From Mobula hypostoma (Eukaryota), in assembly GCF_963921235.1 (NCBI RefSeq), contig NC_086097.1, forward strand, positions 63,180,001 through 63,244,000: a stretch of DNA of 64,000 nucleotides. Reading direction: 5' to 3'. The notes under the pieces were generated by a model, which had not been told where the DNA came from, did not search any database, and was given only the letters and a program-made list of their open reading frames with translations. Below are positions 35,473-49,900 of this stretch, one piece after another. The translations under genes were made by a program, and so were the position numbers. The stretch's first letter is position 1. Every line of letters begins with the position of its first letter.

Positions 35473-37490
35473 TCAATGAAGAATTTCTCTGGTTCCAAGC
35501 AAACCAAGTGCTGCAGCATTTCACCACACCAATTACACCATCAAGCTATTCAAGCTCTGCAAACAAGAAATCTCGGAGTAACACAAAACAGAACACTGGA
35601 AGAATTTAGTGGTCAAATTGATAAATGCTTTAAGCTGATTATTTAGCTTGAGAACTTGCACCAGGACCACTTGACCCACTGACTTCTTCCAGCTTTCTGT
35701 TTTTTGTTCCAGATTCCAATATCTGCAAACTCTTCTGTCTCCAAGTCTCAAAGCTTCCTGACATTTAACAGCCCAAGAGAAAGTAAGACAATTTCAGGAA
35801 ACAGCATTTCTTCCAAACTTGTGGTCACCTCATGGAGATGTGGTACTGAAATACTGAAGACCTCATCTCTCACATTAGTCGATGTTATTGCTGCCTAGTC
35901 CAAATTGAATGATACTGACAGGCTTCAATCAGAAATCAAAAGGTGAACCTGGTTAGTTAAACATATAAAATCCATGTCTTTATTGCCACTTTCAAATATG
36001 ATTTAATACATGATTTCTATTAATATATGTTCTATTCTAAAATGTAATTTTATATACGTATTTAAATGTGTTATGTATTCAATCATAGAGAATTAATAAC
36101 TACGTGTAAAAAAGCTTTGAAAGACAGTAAAATTTATGCATATGTATTCAAGCTAACATTATAATCTACAGTATGCTGTACTTATTAGTTGAATTCACAA
36201 ATAACAGCTTCATTTTTAGAATCCTTTGAATCTTCAATCACTAGCGAGATCTTTTTTCAGGTTTGATTTATTTTCCACATTACTTAATCAAAATGTGGAC
36301 TGTATGCTGAAAATCAGATTTATATATTCATTACTCTGAGGAAAAACTAATTCTGCACCTAGGCAATCTATCCAATGACATGGTTTCAAATTCCAATTGA
36401 CCAATCATATGTAAAGTCTCATTCAAGTTTCTTTTGTGTGATGAAAGCAAGTAGTTATTTCAGCTTCCTTCAGAACATAGAAACTTCAGTGTAAAAGTAA
36501 ACCTGACCTTCTTCTGGGAACCTTAATTTATTGTATTTAAAAACAGAGCATGCTATGTTATCAAGTAGATAGGATTAAAATAACATATGATAACCTATAA
36601 TCAATATCTCTGAATCTGAATTAACGTAACTAATGATGGATTCTCATTAATTGAATGCCCAGTCAATAGTTTTTAACACTCAATGCTTTTGACTTCAAAC
36701 ATTTCAAATTAATACCTCTTCTTTTTTTCCTTATTTTTTAACACAATGTGTGTAGGTTTGATGTGTACTATCTTGACAAGTTTCAGTAATGGGTAAGTCT
36801 TGCTGCGGTAAGTTGATATACACATTTCAAAAAATACTGTTATCAGTTTTGATGGCTCTATGCACAAACGGAAGAATTTTAGTATTTTTGCTTTTTTTAA
36901 TTACTTTCCCTAAGGTACACAGCACTGGTAATGACAGGAAGACATGTTTAATCCAAGTTCCCTTTATCACTTGACATGTCAGGTCAATACAGAGGGCATC
37001 TAAGAATCAGATTGGTTGCCGTTAGGCTGGAGTCACAGATAAAAGCATACTACATGATAACGCCAGTTTGCATTCGGTAAATAATGGTTACAATCATTTT
37101 CAGTTTTTCTGTACTCTAAATACACGTCTTAAGATTTTATTTCTGGTTACCAGGTTCCTGTGGATTGTTCCAGGCTGTTTAGTGGGAAGCACTTGCCTCT
37201 GTGGGCTAGGATTTCTGATACTCCATTCCAATATCCTTACCAAACCAAACCATTTGTGTCAGGTAACACTTCAATCCTTTGTGCAAACTTATCAAAGTGA
37301 ACAGGTCCAGGAACAGTTACGACATCTCAATCATCGTTTGTATTTGCACAGTTTGTTGGCTTCTGCACTCTGGTAGAATGCCCCAGTTGGGAGGTCTTTC
37401 ATTGATTCCGTTATAGTTATGATTCCATAGATTTATTGAGTAAGCCTGCAAGAAAATGAATCTCAGGGTTGTTTATGGTAACATATATGC

Positions 37491-38825
37491 TTATCGGACA
37501 AAGTCAGCATGAAGTCAGCATGGATTTGTGAAAGGAAAATCATGTCTGACGAATCTCGTAGAATTTTTTGAGGATGTGACTAGTAGAGTGGATAGGGGAG
37601 AACCAGTAACCAGTGGATGTGGTATATTTGGATTTTCAAAAGGCTTTTGACAAGGTCCCACACAGGAGGTTAGTGTGCAAACTTAAAGCACACGGTATTG
37701 GGGGTATGGTATTGATGTGGCTAGAGAATTGGTTGGCAGACAGGAAGCAAAGAGTGGGAATAAACGGGACCTTTTCAGAATGGCAGGCAGTGACTAGTGG
37801 GGTACCGCAAGGCTCAGTGCTGGGACCCCAGTTGTTTACAATATATATTAATGACTTAGATGAGGGAATTAAATGCAGCATCTCCAAGTTTGTGGATGAC
37901 ACGAAGCTGGGCGGTAGTGTTACCTGTGAGGAGGATGCTAAGAGGATGCAGGGTGACTTGGAGAGGTTAGGTGAGTGGGCAAATTCATGGCAGATGCAAT
38001 TTGATGTGGATAAAATGTGAGGTTATCCACTTTGGTGGCAAAAACAGGAAAACAGATTGTTATCTGAATGGTGGCCGATTAGGAAAAGGGGAGGTGCAAC
38101 GAGACCTGGGTGTCATTATACACCAGTCATTGAAAGTGGGCATGCAGGTACAGCAGGCGGTGAAAAAGGCGAATGGTATGCTGACACTTATAGCAAGAGG
38201 ATTCGAGTACAGGAGCAGGGAGGTACTACTGCAGTTGTACAAGGCCTTGGTGAGACCACACCTGGAGTATTGTGTGCAGTTTTGGTCCCCTAATCTGAGG
38301 AAAGACATTTTTTGCCATAGAGGGAGTACAAAGAAGGTTCACCAGATTGATTCCTGGGATGGCAGGACTTTCATATGATGAAAGACTGATCGACTAGGCT
38401 TATACTCGCTGGAATTTAGAAGATTGAGGGGGGGGATCTTATTGAAACCTATAAAATCCTAAAGGGATTGGACAGGCTAGATGCAGGAAGATTGTTCCCG
38501 ATGTTGGGGAAGTCCAGAACGAGGGATCACAGTTTGAAGATAAAGGGGAAGCCTTTTAGGACCGAGATGAGGAAAAACTTCGCACAGAGAGTGGTGAATC
38601 TGTGGAATTCTCTGCCACAGGAAACAGTTGAGGCCAGTTCATTGGCTATATTTAAGAGGGAGTTAGATATGGCCCTTGTGACTAAAGGGATCAGGGGGGT
38701 ATGGAGAGAAGGCAGGTACAGGGTTCTGAGTTGGATGATCAGCCATGATCATACTGAATGGCGGTGCAGGCTCGAAGGGCCGAATGGCCTACTCCTGAAC
38801 CTATTTTCTATGTTTCTATGTTTCT
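37491..38825 (+). mobile_element. 5'-truncated CR1, frameshifted, inserted in an older repeat tail
   Basis: RT motifs; same family as 7936-11718; TSD ATATATGC (37483-37490, 38826-38833). Confidence 0.9.
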
Positions 38826-39789
38826 ATATATGCACTCTAATAATAAAATTTAGTTGGAACTTTGAAGTTGATGGAAATAAGGATGAGCATGTGTACATTG
38901 ATATTCTGGGCTCTTTGGACATCAGTGGACAGTAAATGCATATTCCAATTTACCCTAAATTTAAAGTGTTCATTTAAATCATATCTTGTCATTTTAGAAA
39001 ATATGCCCAAATTCTCCCTAAATTTTTATGATGCTACCCACTTATGTAAAAGCACATACCTGAATACCAGCTTACTTTCCCATTTATAACACAATTACCA
39101 TTAATTTCTATTGTGCTCGCCTCCTTTTGATACATACCATTTTGCACGTCTATCCACAGTTCAAGCTTTTGTTAATGTCCAGGTGAATTGAGAACACCAA
39201 CTTAATATTTTGGCTGGTTTGCCACAGGCTTTCTATGACAGAAAAGCTACTGTTAATAAGTTGACTGCTCAACTGAGATTTGAACAGTGGTAAGGTTAAA
39301 GTCAGAGGCTTGAAATGCTATGCTGAAAAAATAGGCTGTACCTGAGTCTAATGGAACATCGTGAACAGAGCAGCTTTGAAAGGGTAAAGCACCAGACCAA
39401 ACTATCTTCTAATAATGTCCAAGCCAAGAGTTTATTAGATTTTGGGACCAAAAACAGGTGTTTTATGCAAATGGTGTAAAAATCGATGTGTCGTTTAAGC
39501 TGGGTTCAGGGGAATCAGTGTTCAAGGTTTCGATGGGGATGGGGAAAAATGTTTGGTGGTTCGTGGCCTTAAGCTTTGTTAACAAGTCTTGGGGATTATT
39601 TTTAGAGGTTCATTTAGTGAGCACACAGATATAAATTCTTAAGTGATGATAATGAAGCTACATTTTATATTTTTCAAACTTGATGACACCAAACTTTTGA
39701 ACTTGCTAATTAGTCAGCTGGAATTGCATATGGATTCAGATCTTAAACTGGCCTCTAAGGTACATTTACCAGCAGTTTTCTTCCATTAT

Positions 39790-41770
39790 TAGCCAGAGAA
39801 AGTGGCTCACCTGAGGACTGGGAGAAATTCAGAGTTCAGCAGAGGAGGACAAAGGGCTTAATTAGGAAGGGGGAAAAAGATTATGAGAGAAAACTGGCAG
39901 AGAACATAAAAACGGACTGTAAAAGCTTTTATAGATATGTAAAAAGGAAAAGACTGATAAAGACAAATGTAGGTCCCCTGCAAACAGAAACAGGTGAATT
40001 GATTATGGGGAGCAAGGACATGGCAGACCAATTGAATAATTACTTTGGTTCTGTCTTCACTAAGGAGGACATAAATAATCTTCCAGAAATAGTAAGGGAC
40101 AGAGGGTCCAGTGAGATGGAGGAACTGAGCGAAATACATGTTAGTAGGGAAGTGGTGTTAGGTAAATTGAAGGGATTGAAGGCAGATAAATCCCCAGGGC
40201 CAGATGGTCTGCATCCCAGAGTGCTTAAGGAAGTGGCCCAAGAAATAGTGGATGCATTAGTGATAATTTTTCAAAACTCGTTAGATTCTGGACTAGTTCC
40301 TGAGGATTGGAGGGTGGCTAATGTAACCCCACTTTTTAAAAAAGGAGGGAGAGAGAAACCGGGGAATTATAGGCCGGTTAGCCTAACGTCGGTGGTGGGG
40401 AAACTGCTGGAGTCAGTTATCAAGGATGTGATAACAGCACATTTGGAAAGCGGTGAAATGATCGGACAAAGTCAGCATGGATTTGTGAAAGGAAAATCAT
40501 GTCTGACGAATCTCATAGAATTTTTTGAGGATGTAACTAGTAGAGTGGATAGGGGAGAACCAGTGGATGTGGTATATTTGGATTTTCAAAAGGCTTTTGA
40601 CAAGGTCCCACACAGGAGATTAGTGTGCAAACTTAAAGCACATGGTATTGGGGGTAAGGTATTGGTGTGGGTGGAGAATTGGTTAGCAGACAGGAAGCAA
40701 AGAGTGGGAATAAACGGGACCTTTTCAGAATGGCAGGCGGTGACTAGTGGGGTACCGCAAGGCTCAGTGCTGGGACCCCAGTTGTTTACAATATATATTA
40801 ATGACTTGGATGAGGGAATTAAATGCAGCATCTCCAAGTTTGCGGATGACACGAAGCTGGGTGGCAGTGTTAGCAGTGAGGAGGATGCTAAGAGGATGCA
40901 GGGTGACTTGGATAGGTTGGGTGAGTGGGCAAACTCATGGCAGATGCAATTTAATGTGGATAAATGTGAAGTTATCCACTTTGGTGGCAAAAATAGGAAA
41001 ACAGATTATTATCTGAATGGTGGCCGATTAGGAAAAGGGGAGGTGCAACGAGACCTGGGTGTCATTATACAACAGTCATTGAAAGTGGGCATGCAGGTAC
41101 AGCAGGCGGTGAAAAAGGCGAACGGTATGCTGGCATTTATAGCGAGAGGATTCGAGTACAGGAGCAGGGAGGTACTACTGCAGTTGTACAAGGCCTTGGT
41201 GAGACCACACCTGGAGTATTGTGTGCAGTTTTGGTCCCCTAATCTGAGGAAAGACATCCTTGCCATAGAGGGAGTACAAAGAAGGTTCACCAGATTGATT
41301 CCTGGGATGGCAGGTCTTTCATATGAAGAAAGACTGGATGAACTGGGCTTGTACTCGTTGGAATTTAGAAGATTGAGGGGGGATCTGATTGAAACGTATA
41401 AGATCCTAAAGGGATTGGACAGGCTAGATGCGGGAAGATTGTTCCCGATGTTGGGGAGGTCTAGAACGAGGGGTCACAGTTTGAGGATAGAGGGGAAGCC
41501 TTTTAGGACCGAGGTTAGGAAAAACTTCTTCACACAGAGAGTGGTGAATCTGTGGAATTCTCTGCCACAGCAAACTGTTGAGGCCAGTTCATTAGCTATG
41601 TTTAAAAGGAAGTTAGATATGGCCCTTGTGGCTACAGGGGTCACGGGGTATGGAGGGAAGGCTGGGTTCTGAGTTGGATGATCAGCCATGATCATAATAA
41701 ATGGCGGTGCAGGCTCGAAGGGCTGAATGGCCTACTCCTGCACCTATTTTCTATGTTTCTATGTTTCTAT
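39790..41770 (+). mobile_element. 5'-truncated CR1 with uninterrupted RT frame (39999-41672)
   Basis: KSPGPDG, NYRPVSLTS, GVPQGSVLGP, FADD; (TTTCTATG)n tail. Confidence 0.95.
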
Positions 41771-42269
41771 TATCTTTATACCGTGAAATGCATTTGGGTT
41801 ATATTATTCATTTTTTCCTGTTGATTGTCAACTTTCTGTAAATTCAGTTGAAATAAATCTCAGTTACTATAGCAATGTTTGCAACATCTGTACTGTTTTT
41901 AGTATAATATTTGAAAATAAGCTAACTAAAATAATTAACTAAAACAATTATTTGAGTCTACACTGATACACAAAATCAGATAGCCTGTGAAGATAATAAA
42001 ACCAAAGTTATGGTCAGGAAATGCCTACAATATCTCTCCAGGACTGGTAACCTGGCACTTCATTGAAGTTTGGAAGTACAGGAGCCTTAGGTTCCACACC
42101 ACCATGTTCAGGAATAATTATTACCTTTCAACCATCAGGTTTTTGAACCAGAATAGATAATTTCACTCAGTTCAATACTGAACTGATTCCAAAAACTATG
42201 ACTCACTTTCAAGGACTCTACAGCACATGTTCTCAATATCATATATTTACTTACTTATTATTAATATAT

Positions 42270-43555
42270 AGATATTGCTGTGTGAGCCTAATTGTTTAAT
42301 GCTATTGTGTAGTGACTTTGGGATGATACTAGTTATTACTATTGAGATAATATGTATACTCTGTTTATGTTCCATAATCTTTCAATTTTCTCTTTTAATT
42401 CAGTGTATCTCTGCTATTCTTCACTTACTGATTTCTGTACGTTATGTGTGTTTGCAATGGCGATTTTCATTAAGTAACTTCTTCTTGCTAGTTTGTCCTG
42501 TAATATTATATCCAGATGGTTATTACGGATTGTCCCATTTGTAATAATGGATCAGTCGTAATATAATATATAGGACTGTCTGCAAAACTGGATTAGGCTT
42601 GTATTTGTAGTAGGGTATGGTTTATTTTATGAGTTTGTATTTTAAAGCAAGATTTAAGTGAATGATGTTTGCCACTTGATTGTGCCCGTGTAGGTAATCA
42701 GATTGAGTTTAAGCTCCTGCAGGATCCTGTAATGTGTTGGATTGTTTCTAGTTTCTCTTGGCATTTTCGCATTTAGCATCTTGAATTTGTTGGTCTTTTA
42801 TTGTAAGTTTTTTGATCGTTTTTTGTGTTATTCACCTAGAACCAAGGAACCCCTCTGTTTCTGGGAAGGGGTCTCCTACTCAGAGACAGGCATTCAACAC
42901 TTCCCTGTTGACATCTGGCCTGCTCAAATCCTGGGGATGTCTTCCATGGAGGGTCATGCTCTTTCAGTGATTAACTTTCTCTTCTGTAAAGATAATATCT
43001 TCATTTTTCTGGGCATGCTTTTATGTGGTGTGTACCTCTTATCAGAACTGCATATGCTCATATGGAGTGCTGAATCCTGTCCTAGGTAGTATGTAAATCT
43101 AGGTATGTTTGAGTATACATAGTGTTTTCTAAAATTTATCATTTCATTTCTTATGTTTCCTTATAAATTTTTCAGGTTGGTTTCAGAAGATGACATTATG
43201 CCAAAAGAATATGTTAATATGGGTGTAGTGAGAGTGTTTATTGCCTTTGTTATATTTTTACTGTTGAGCTCTATTTGGCAGATCTTCTGAAGCCTTGAAG
43301 TAAATTCTGTCGAAAAGTTTTCTCTTTATCACACTATGATCTATTTTCTTTGCTTGTTGATATCCCAGAGACTTATATGTTTCATATTCATGAATCAGCA
43401 GTATTGTATCCTGCTCCTCTGTTTAATATTCTACTAGAGGAAATTCACCTTTCTTTATGTTTAACATTCTGAATTTATCTAGTCCAAAGTTCATTTTATA
43501 TCTACTATTTGAATAAATTACTTCAGTGTTGCTGATGAAGGAGTTTATAATCACA
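42270..43555 (-). mobile_element. Degraded R4/Dong-like RLE non-LTR element
   Basis: KNITKAINTLTTPILTYSFG and a degenerate PDIILQDK...IAI restriction-like endonuclease region. Confidence 0.65.
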
Positions 43556-43975
43556 GATAGTTAATGGAAATAGCCATTCCAAACATACATAGCATACAGA
43601 AACATTAAATGAAAAACAGCAGAAATTTGCTGAATTAAAAGAGGAAATTTAAAGACTTTGGAACATGGACAGGATATACATTGTCTCAATAGTAATATCT
43701 ACAAGTGGTTTCATCACAAAGGCACTACACAATAGCATTAAACATTTAGGCCTACATGGCAATATTTATGTAAATCTCCAAAAAGCCACAATACTAAACA
43801 CTACTAGAATAGTCCAAAAGTTCCTAGCAATTAAGAAATGAATATGCTTGGCTATTCCTGATAAAACCTTAGGCATAGTTTGTCCTGTAATATTATTAGG
43901 TTTTATCAGCTTGAGCCTGAGAAAAAATAATAGTATTAATAATAATTTGAAAATAATAATAATGATTGTTATTAA
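43556..43975 (+). mobile_element. R4/Dong-like 3' end in opposite orientation
   Basis: IAIPN...KFAELKEE...IVIST.G...LQKATILNTTRIVQKFL; (TAA)n tail. Confidence 0.7.
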
Positions 43976-44789
43976 TATTATTGTTTGGTTTTTTTATTTG
44001 CACAGTTTGAACTTTGGTTATTTGTCAGTCTTTGTGATTCTATTATATTTCTTTGTTCTACTCTGAGTGCCTGCAAGAAAATGAATCTCTGAGTAGTATA
44101 TGGTGATGTACATATATCCTTTAATAATAATTTTACTTTGACTTTGTATGTTGGAGGAACTACAAAGTGCTCATGCACAGAAACAAGAATATGAAAAGGC
44201 AGAGGTGAATGCAACCAAAAATATTCAAGCAGTTTATATTCTTCAAAGCTGTTCCTTTTTTAATGGTCACTATTTGCAAAATTAAACATTCAATGAAAAG
44301 TAAAACATTTAAATGAAAAATGAAATGAAATTAAATGAAATTAAATGAAATTAAACATTTCAATGAAAAGTAGACAAATAGTGAATTAATTAAACTGAAT
44401 TTACTCCTAGTGATTCTAGCCATAACAAAAAGATTTCGAAGATAGCTGTCTATCCCTTGAAAGAGGTGATTTATATCTCCCAAGGTAAAAGCCAAAATAC
44501 TATAGAGTCTTTTGCTTTTGAAAAGATCCCATTTAATGAAAAAAGTCCTCAATAAATTGCTGGAAAAATGAATGTGTACTGGAGAGAAAATACTAGTATG
44601 TGTCCCTCCATCTTCATTCCTATATTTGCAATTTAGTGCTATTTTGTACCACGGTACACTTTATTCGGCTATAAAGCTTTGCCAAATCATAAGTCTATCT
44701 TTGGATTTATTAGGAATATTGGTTAAAATTTTGTTAGACATTTGTTAGAAGGAAGCTGCAGGATCTCATTGAAACCTACCAAATATTGA

Positions 44790-45710
44790 TAGAGAATCAG
44801 AATCAGGTTTAATATCACTGGCAAATGTCATCAAATATGTTGTTTTTTGAGGCAGTAGTAAAATGTAATGCATAATAACAATATATAAATTATAATATGA
44901 ATATATTAAATAAGTAGTGCAGAAATGAAAAAAGAACAGAGAGGTAGTGCTCATGGGTTCATTGTCCATTCAGACATCTGATGTTGGCGGGGAAGAAGCT
45001 GCTCCTAAAACATTGAGTATGTCTTGAGGCCCGTGCACCTCCTCCTGATGGTAATTTGAGGAGACTTGCTATGTCACCAAAGAACCCAGCACTCCAGCAA
45101 ATTTCTACAGATGTGTAAGAGGGCATGTCCTGGGTGATGGGGGTTCTTAATGATGGATATCATCCTTTTGAGGTATAGCCTTTGTCCTTGATGCTGGAGA
45201 GGCTATAGACCATGATGGAGCTGGCTGAGTTTGCAACTTTCTACATCTTTTTCTGATCCTATGCAGTAGTCTCCCCATACCAGATGGTCATGCAACCAAC
45301 CAGAATGTCTCCAGAAATTTGCTGGAGTCTACAGTGACGAATGAAGTCTCCTCAAACTCCTAATAACTTACAGCTGCTGCCGTACCTTCTTTGAAATTGC
45401 ATCAATATGTTGGGCTCAGAATAGATTTTCACAGATGTTGACACCCAGAGACTTCAAATTGTTCATTCCTTCCACTGCCGATCCCTTGATGCGGGCTGGT
45501 GTGTGCTCCCTCGACTTCCCCTTCTTGAACTCCACAATCAATCCCTTGATCTTACTGACTTGGAGGTTATTGTGCTGACACCACTCAGCCAGTTGATCTG
45601 TTTTATTCCTGTGCGCCTCCTCATCACCATCCGAAATTCAGCCAACAATAGTTATGTCATCGGCAAAATTTATGGATGCTATTTGAGCTTCGCCTAGCCA
45701 CACGGTGATG
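44790..45710 (-). mobile_element. Degraded Rex1/Babar-like LINE
   Basis: AGAATCAGAATCAGGTTTAAT tail; body similar to 15792-16830. Confidence 0.65.
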
Positions 45711-45749
45711 GGTGAGTATGTAGAGGATGTTTCAAATAACTGGAGATTC

Positions 45750-46050
45750 CATGACCAGAGGGTACAGCTTTGCAACAGAAGTCATCCCTTTAGAGCAAAG
45801 ATGAGGAGGAATTTCTTTAGGAGAGGACGGTGTATCGGTGGAAATCATTGCCACAGATGGCTGTGGAGGCTAAGTTATTGGATTTATTTAAAGCAGTGAT
45901 TGATAGGTTCTTTATTAGTAGCAGCATCAGAGGTTACAGGGAACAGGCAGGAGAATGGGGTTGAGAGGGAAAATAAATCAGCCATGGCAGAACGGTGGAG
46001 CAGACTCAATGAGCTGAAAGAACAGATTCTGCTCCTATGTCTTATGGTCT
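45750..46050 (+). mobile_element. CR1 3' fragment
   Basis: PFRAKMRRNFF; CR1-like 3' UTR. Confidence 0.65.
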
Positions 46051-48069
46051 TGCAGAAAATCTTGTAGAATCCAAGCAGTCAGTAACCAACAACAAATATC
46101 TGTGTAAGTTTAATCAATGCTTCCACGGCAGCCTAACTGAGAATGTTTTCTTTAGATCAAATATTTTCTTTGAATTATTTTGATGTAGAAATTAATATTT
46201 CTGATAAAATTGGTTTAACATTGCAGCAAGCAAGCTTGAGAGCATATGTTGCTGGGGTAAGATTATCATTCTTATCTACCCATATTTTCCCCATTAGTCA
46301 ATTTTAAATATTCATTAAAAGGGACGAAGTTGAAGCCCTGTTGTGCATGTTTGCTACACATGCTCCATTGTTTGATGAGCCCAAGTAAATAATGCTACCA
46401 AGAGACACGTTGTAAAAATGGCTTACTAGGGACTCACTGCAGAACTCATTCATCTTGTGTAGGATTCAGGCTCTCAGGCTATAGCATTCAACTCGTAAAA
46501 AATAATTGACTTTCGTCCATGATTGCATAATTCACATAGCACAAAGTTTCCTGTATCCTTCATTTCAGTGAGTTATTATGTCAAGGCAATAACTTATCAG
46601 TGTCAGGCAATTTACTGGGCATGTACTGTCAAGGTGGCCACCAGTGGTGATTGACCTGAAATGTTTCACTATAAGGATTTCCAAAAATATATTCTGCCTC
46701 ACAGAAAAGATTTTAATGTTGATACTTCAAGCTCACTCTCATTGCAATGCATCTCCTCGCCAAACATTTGCAAGACCATTGTCTGTTAGATATTTTATTG
46801 TGATAACTCTGGTTTATTCATCCTGATTCAAGTTGTTGATAACAAATTATACTGTAGAAACTGACTAGTAAAAAGCTCCATTTGCATCAAATATACTTAC
46901 ACGAGGAGGAATTTGAAGTTCTGATTTTAATGATTACAGAACTCTTGGCATTGCTAACTCAGTTCCATAAGTGAGGAAACTATCACAATGTCATCATTTT
47001 TTTTCCGCATGCAATCAACAAAGAATAAATCGAAAAGCTTTACCTGCAAATTCCATGCCCTTGGAGCACAATGGCAGGAGGACTTTAAACTATGGCCTTT
47101 TCCTATTGGTTATGGGACAGTCCTTGCAAGTTTCGGGTGTCACTTTTGCTGAGTTAATCATTTTCCAGCAGGCATTGTTTGAGTCAGTAACATTCCTGGG
47201 AACTGCTGGCAGTTCTGCAGTGAAGAACCCTGACAAAGACTCTTCGTTCTTTTTTAGACTGGCTGTATCACTGCAAGCTCCAGAAGGTGATTCATGTCTG
47301 CAACATTGCCACCACAACCGCCCAGGGCCGGTGTACACTGATAACAAGACTCTGGTATGCATAGGAAATCTAACAAGGGGATCCTTCTCACTATCAGCCA
47401 AGCAAGGTCTGGATAGTTCTGGTCATGAGGTTTCAGCCAAAAAGCCCACCACAGGCTGCCTGAAACTTGTTGCTCAGGCAAACAACCTAAAGGAATCAAC
47501 CATCTCCTTTCTCTACAGGGCCTCAAGAAACCTCCATGCAAACCACTAAATGATTGACCTGTGGCCAGAGATATGTTTCTACACATCCTTTACTGTGAGT
47601 GACAGGAGGTACAGCACGATCCAAATTAGTAGAATATTACACTGCAATCTGGCTGTTTTTGCACAACTAGGGACAGAATAGCACATCAGCACAGTGTCGT
47701 ATCTGATATCTGCCCATTCAAGGTCTAGGCATAGCACAAAGCAGCCAAAAACATTCGGGTAACTTTGAGTAAATATTGGTAAATCACATTTACCAATCTA
47801 TGTATCTATGTATTCAATCCACTTTTGATAGTCCAGGCATAGCAACTACTGAATGGCTCTCTTGTATGATAAGATGGACTCTTAACCTCTCAATCTACCT
47901 CATTATGATCTTGCACCTTATTGTCTACTTGCACTTTCCTTGTAGCTGTGGCACTTTATTCTGCATCCTGTTATTGTTTTATCTTGTACTACTTCAATGC
48001 ACTGTGCAATCATTTGACTTGTATAAAAGTCTGCTAGACAAGTGTTTCATTGTACCTCAGCACACGTGA

Positions 48070-49900
48070 CAAGGATAATCCAAAGAGCTTTTACAAGTAT
48101 ATTAAGAGCAAAAGGATTGTAAGGGATAAAATTGGTCCTCTTGAAGATCAGAGTGGTCGGCTTTGTGCGGAACCAAAGGAAATGGGGAGATCTTAAATAG
48201 GTTTTTTGCGTCTGTATTTACTAAGGAAGCTGGCATGAAATTGAGGGAATCAAGTAGTGAGACCATGGAAACTGTACAGATTGAAAAGGAGGAGGTGCTT
48301 GCTGTCTTGAGGAAAATTAAAGTGGATAAATCCCCGGGACCTGACAGAGTGTTCCCTCGGACCTTGAAGGAGACTAGTGTTGAAATTGCAGGGGCCATAG
48401 CAGAAATATTTAAAATGTCGCTGTCTACGGGTGAAGTGCCGGAGGATTGGAGAGTGGCTCATGTTGTTCCGTTGTTTCAAAAAGGATCGAAAAGTAATCT
48501 GGGAAATTATAGGCCGGTGAGTTTAACGTCAGTAGTAGGTAAGTTATTGGAGGGAGTACTAAGAGACAGAATCTACAAGCATTTGGATAGACGGGGGCTT
48601 ATTAGGGAGAGTCAACATGGCTTTGTGCGTGGTAGGTCATGTTTGACCAATCTGTTGGAGTTTTTCGAGGAGGTTACCAGGAAAGTGGATGAAGGGAAGG
48701 CAGTGGATATTGTCTACATGGACTTCAGTAAGGCCTTTGACAAGGTCCCGCATGGGAGGTTAGTTAGGAAAATTCAGTCGCTAGGTATACATGGAGAGGT
48801 GGTAAATTGCATTAGACATTGGCTTGATGGAAGAAGCCAGAGAGTGGTGGTAGAGAATTGCTTCTCTGAGTGGAGGCCTGTGACTAGTGGTGTGCCACAG
48901 GGATCAGTGCTGGGTCCATTGTTATTTGTCATCTATATCAATGATCTGGATGATAATGTGGTAAATTGGATCAGCAAGTTTGCTGATGATACAAAGGTTG
49001 GACGTGTAGTAGACAGTGAGGAAGGTTTTCAGAGCCTGCAGAGGGACTTGGACCAGCTGGAAAAATGGGCTGAAAAATGGCAGATGGAGTTTAATACTGA
49101 CAAGTGTGAGGTATTGCACGTTGGAAGAACAAACCAAGGTAGAACATACAGGGTTAATGGTAAGGCACTGAGGAATGCAGTGGAACAGAGGGATCTGGGA
49201 ATACAGATACAAAATTCCCTAAAAGTGTCGTCACAGGTAGATAGGGTCGTAAAGAGAGCTTTTGGTACATTGGCCTTTATTAATCGAAGTATTGAGTATA
49301 AGAGCTGGAATGTTATGATGAGGTTGTATAAGGCATTGGTAAGGCCGACTCTGGAGTATTGTGTTCGGTTTTGGTCACCAAATTACAGGAAGGATATAAA
49401 TAAGGTTGAAAGAGTGCAGAGAAGGTTTACAAGGATGTTGCTGGGACCTGAGAAACTCAGTTACAGAGAAAGGTTGAATAGGTTAGGACTTTATTCCCTG
49501 GAGCATAGAAGAATGAGGGGAGATTTGATAGAGGTATATAAAATTATGATGGGTATAGATAGAGTGAATGCAAGCAGGCTTTTTCCACTGAGACAAGGGG
49601 AGAAAAAAACCAGAGAACATGGGTTAAGGGTGAGGGGGGAAAAGTTTAAAGGGAACATTAGGGGCGGCTTCTTCACACAGAGAGTGGTGGGAGTATGGAA
49701 TGAGCTGCCAGACGAGGTGGTAAATGCGGGTTCTTTTTTAACATTTAAGAATAAATTGGACAGATACATGGATGGGAGGTGTATGGAGGGATATGGTCCG
49801 TGTGCAGGTCAGTGGGACTAGGCAGAAAATGGTTCAGCACAGCCAAGAAGGGCCAAAAGGCCTGTTTCTGTGCTGTAGTTTCTATGGTTCTATGGTTCTA
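48070..49900 (+). mobile_element. 5'-truncated CR1 (second subfamily) with open RT frame 48163-49821
   Basis: RT motifs incl. FADD; (TTCTATGG)n tail; interrupts an older repeat tail. Confidence 0.93.

Noticed and set aside
35800..37000. AT-rich unique sequence as possible host exons
   Set aside because: No convincing ORF with paired splice sites
44285..44370. AAATGAAATT tandem repeats as a CRISPR-like array
   Set aside because: Low-complexity minisatellite with no spacers, in a eukaryotic context
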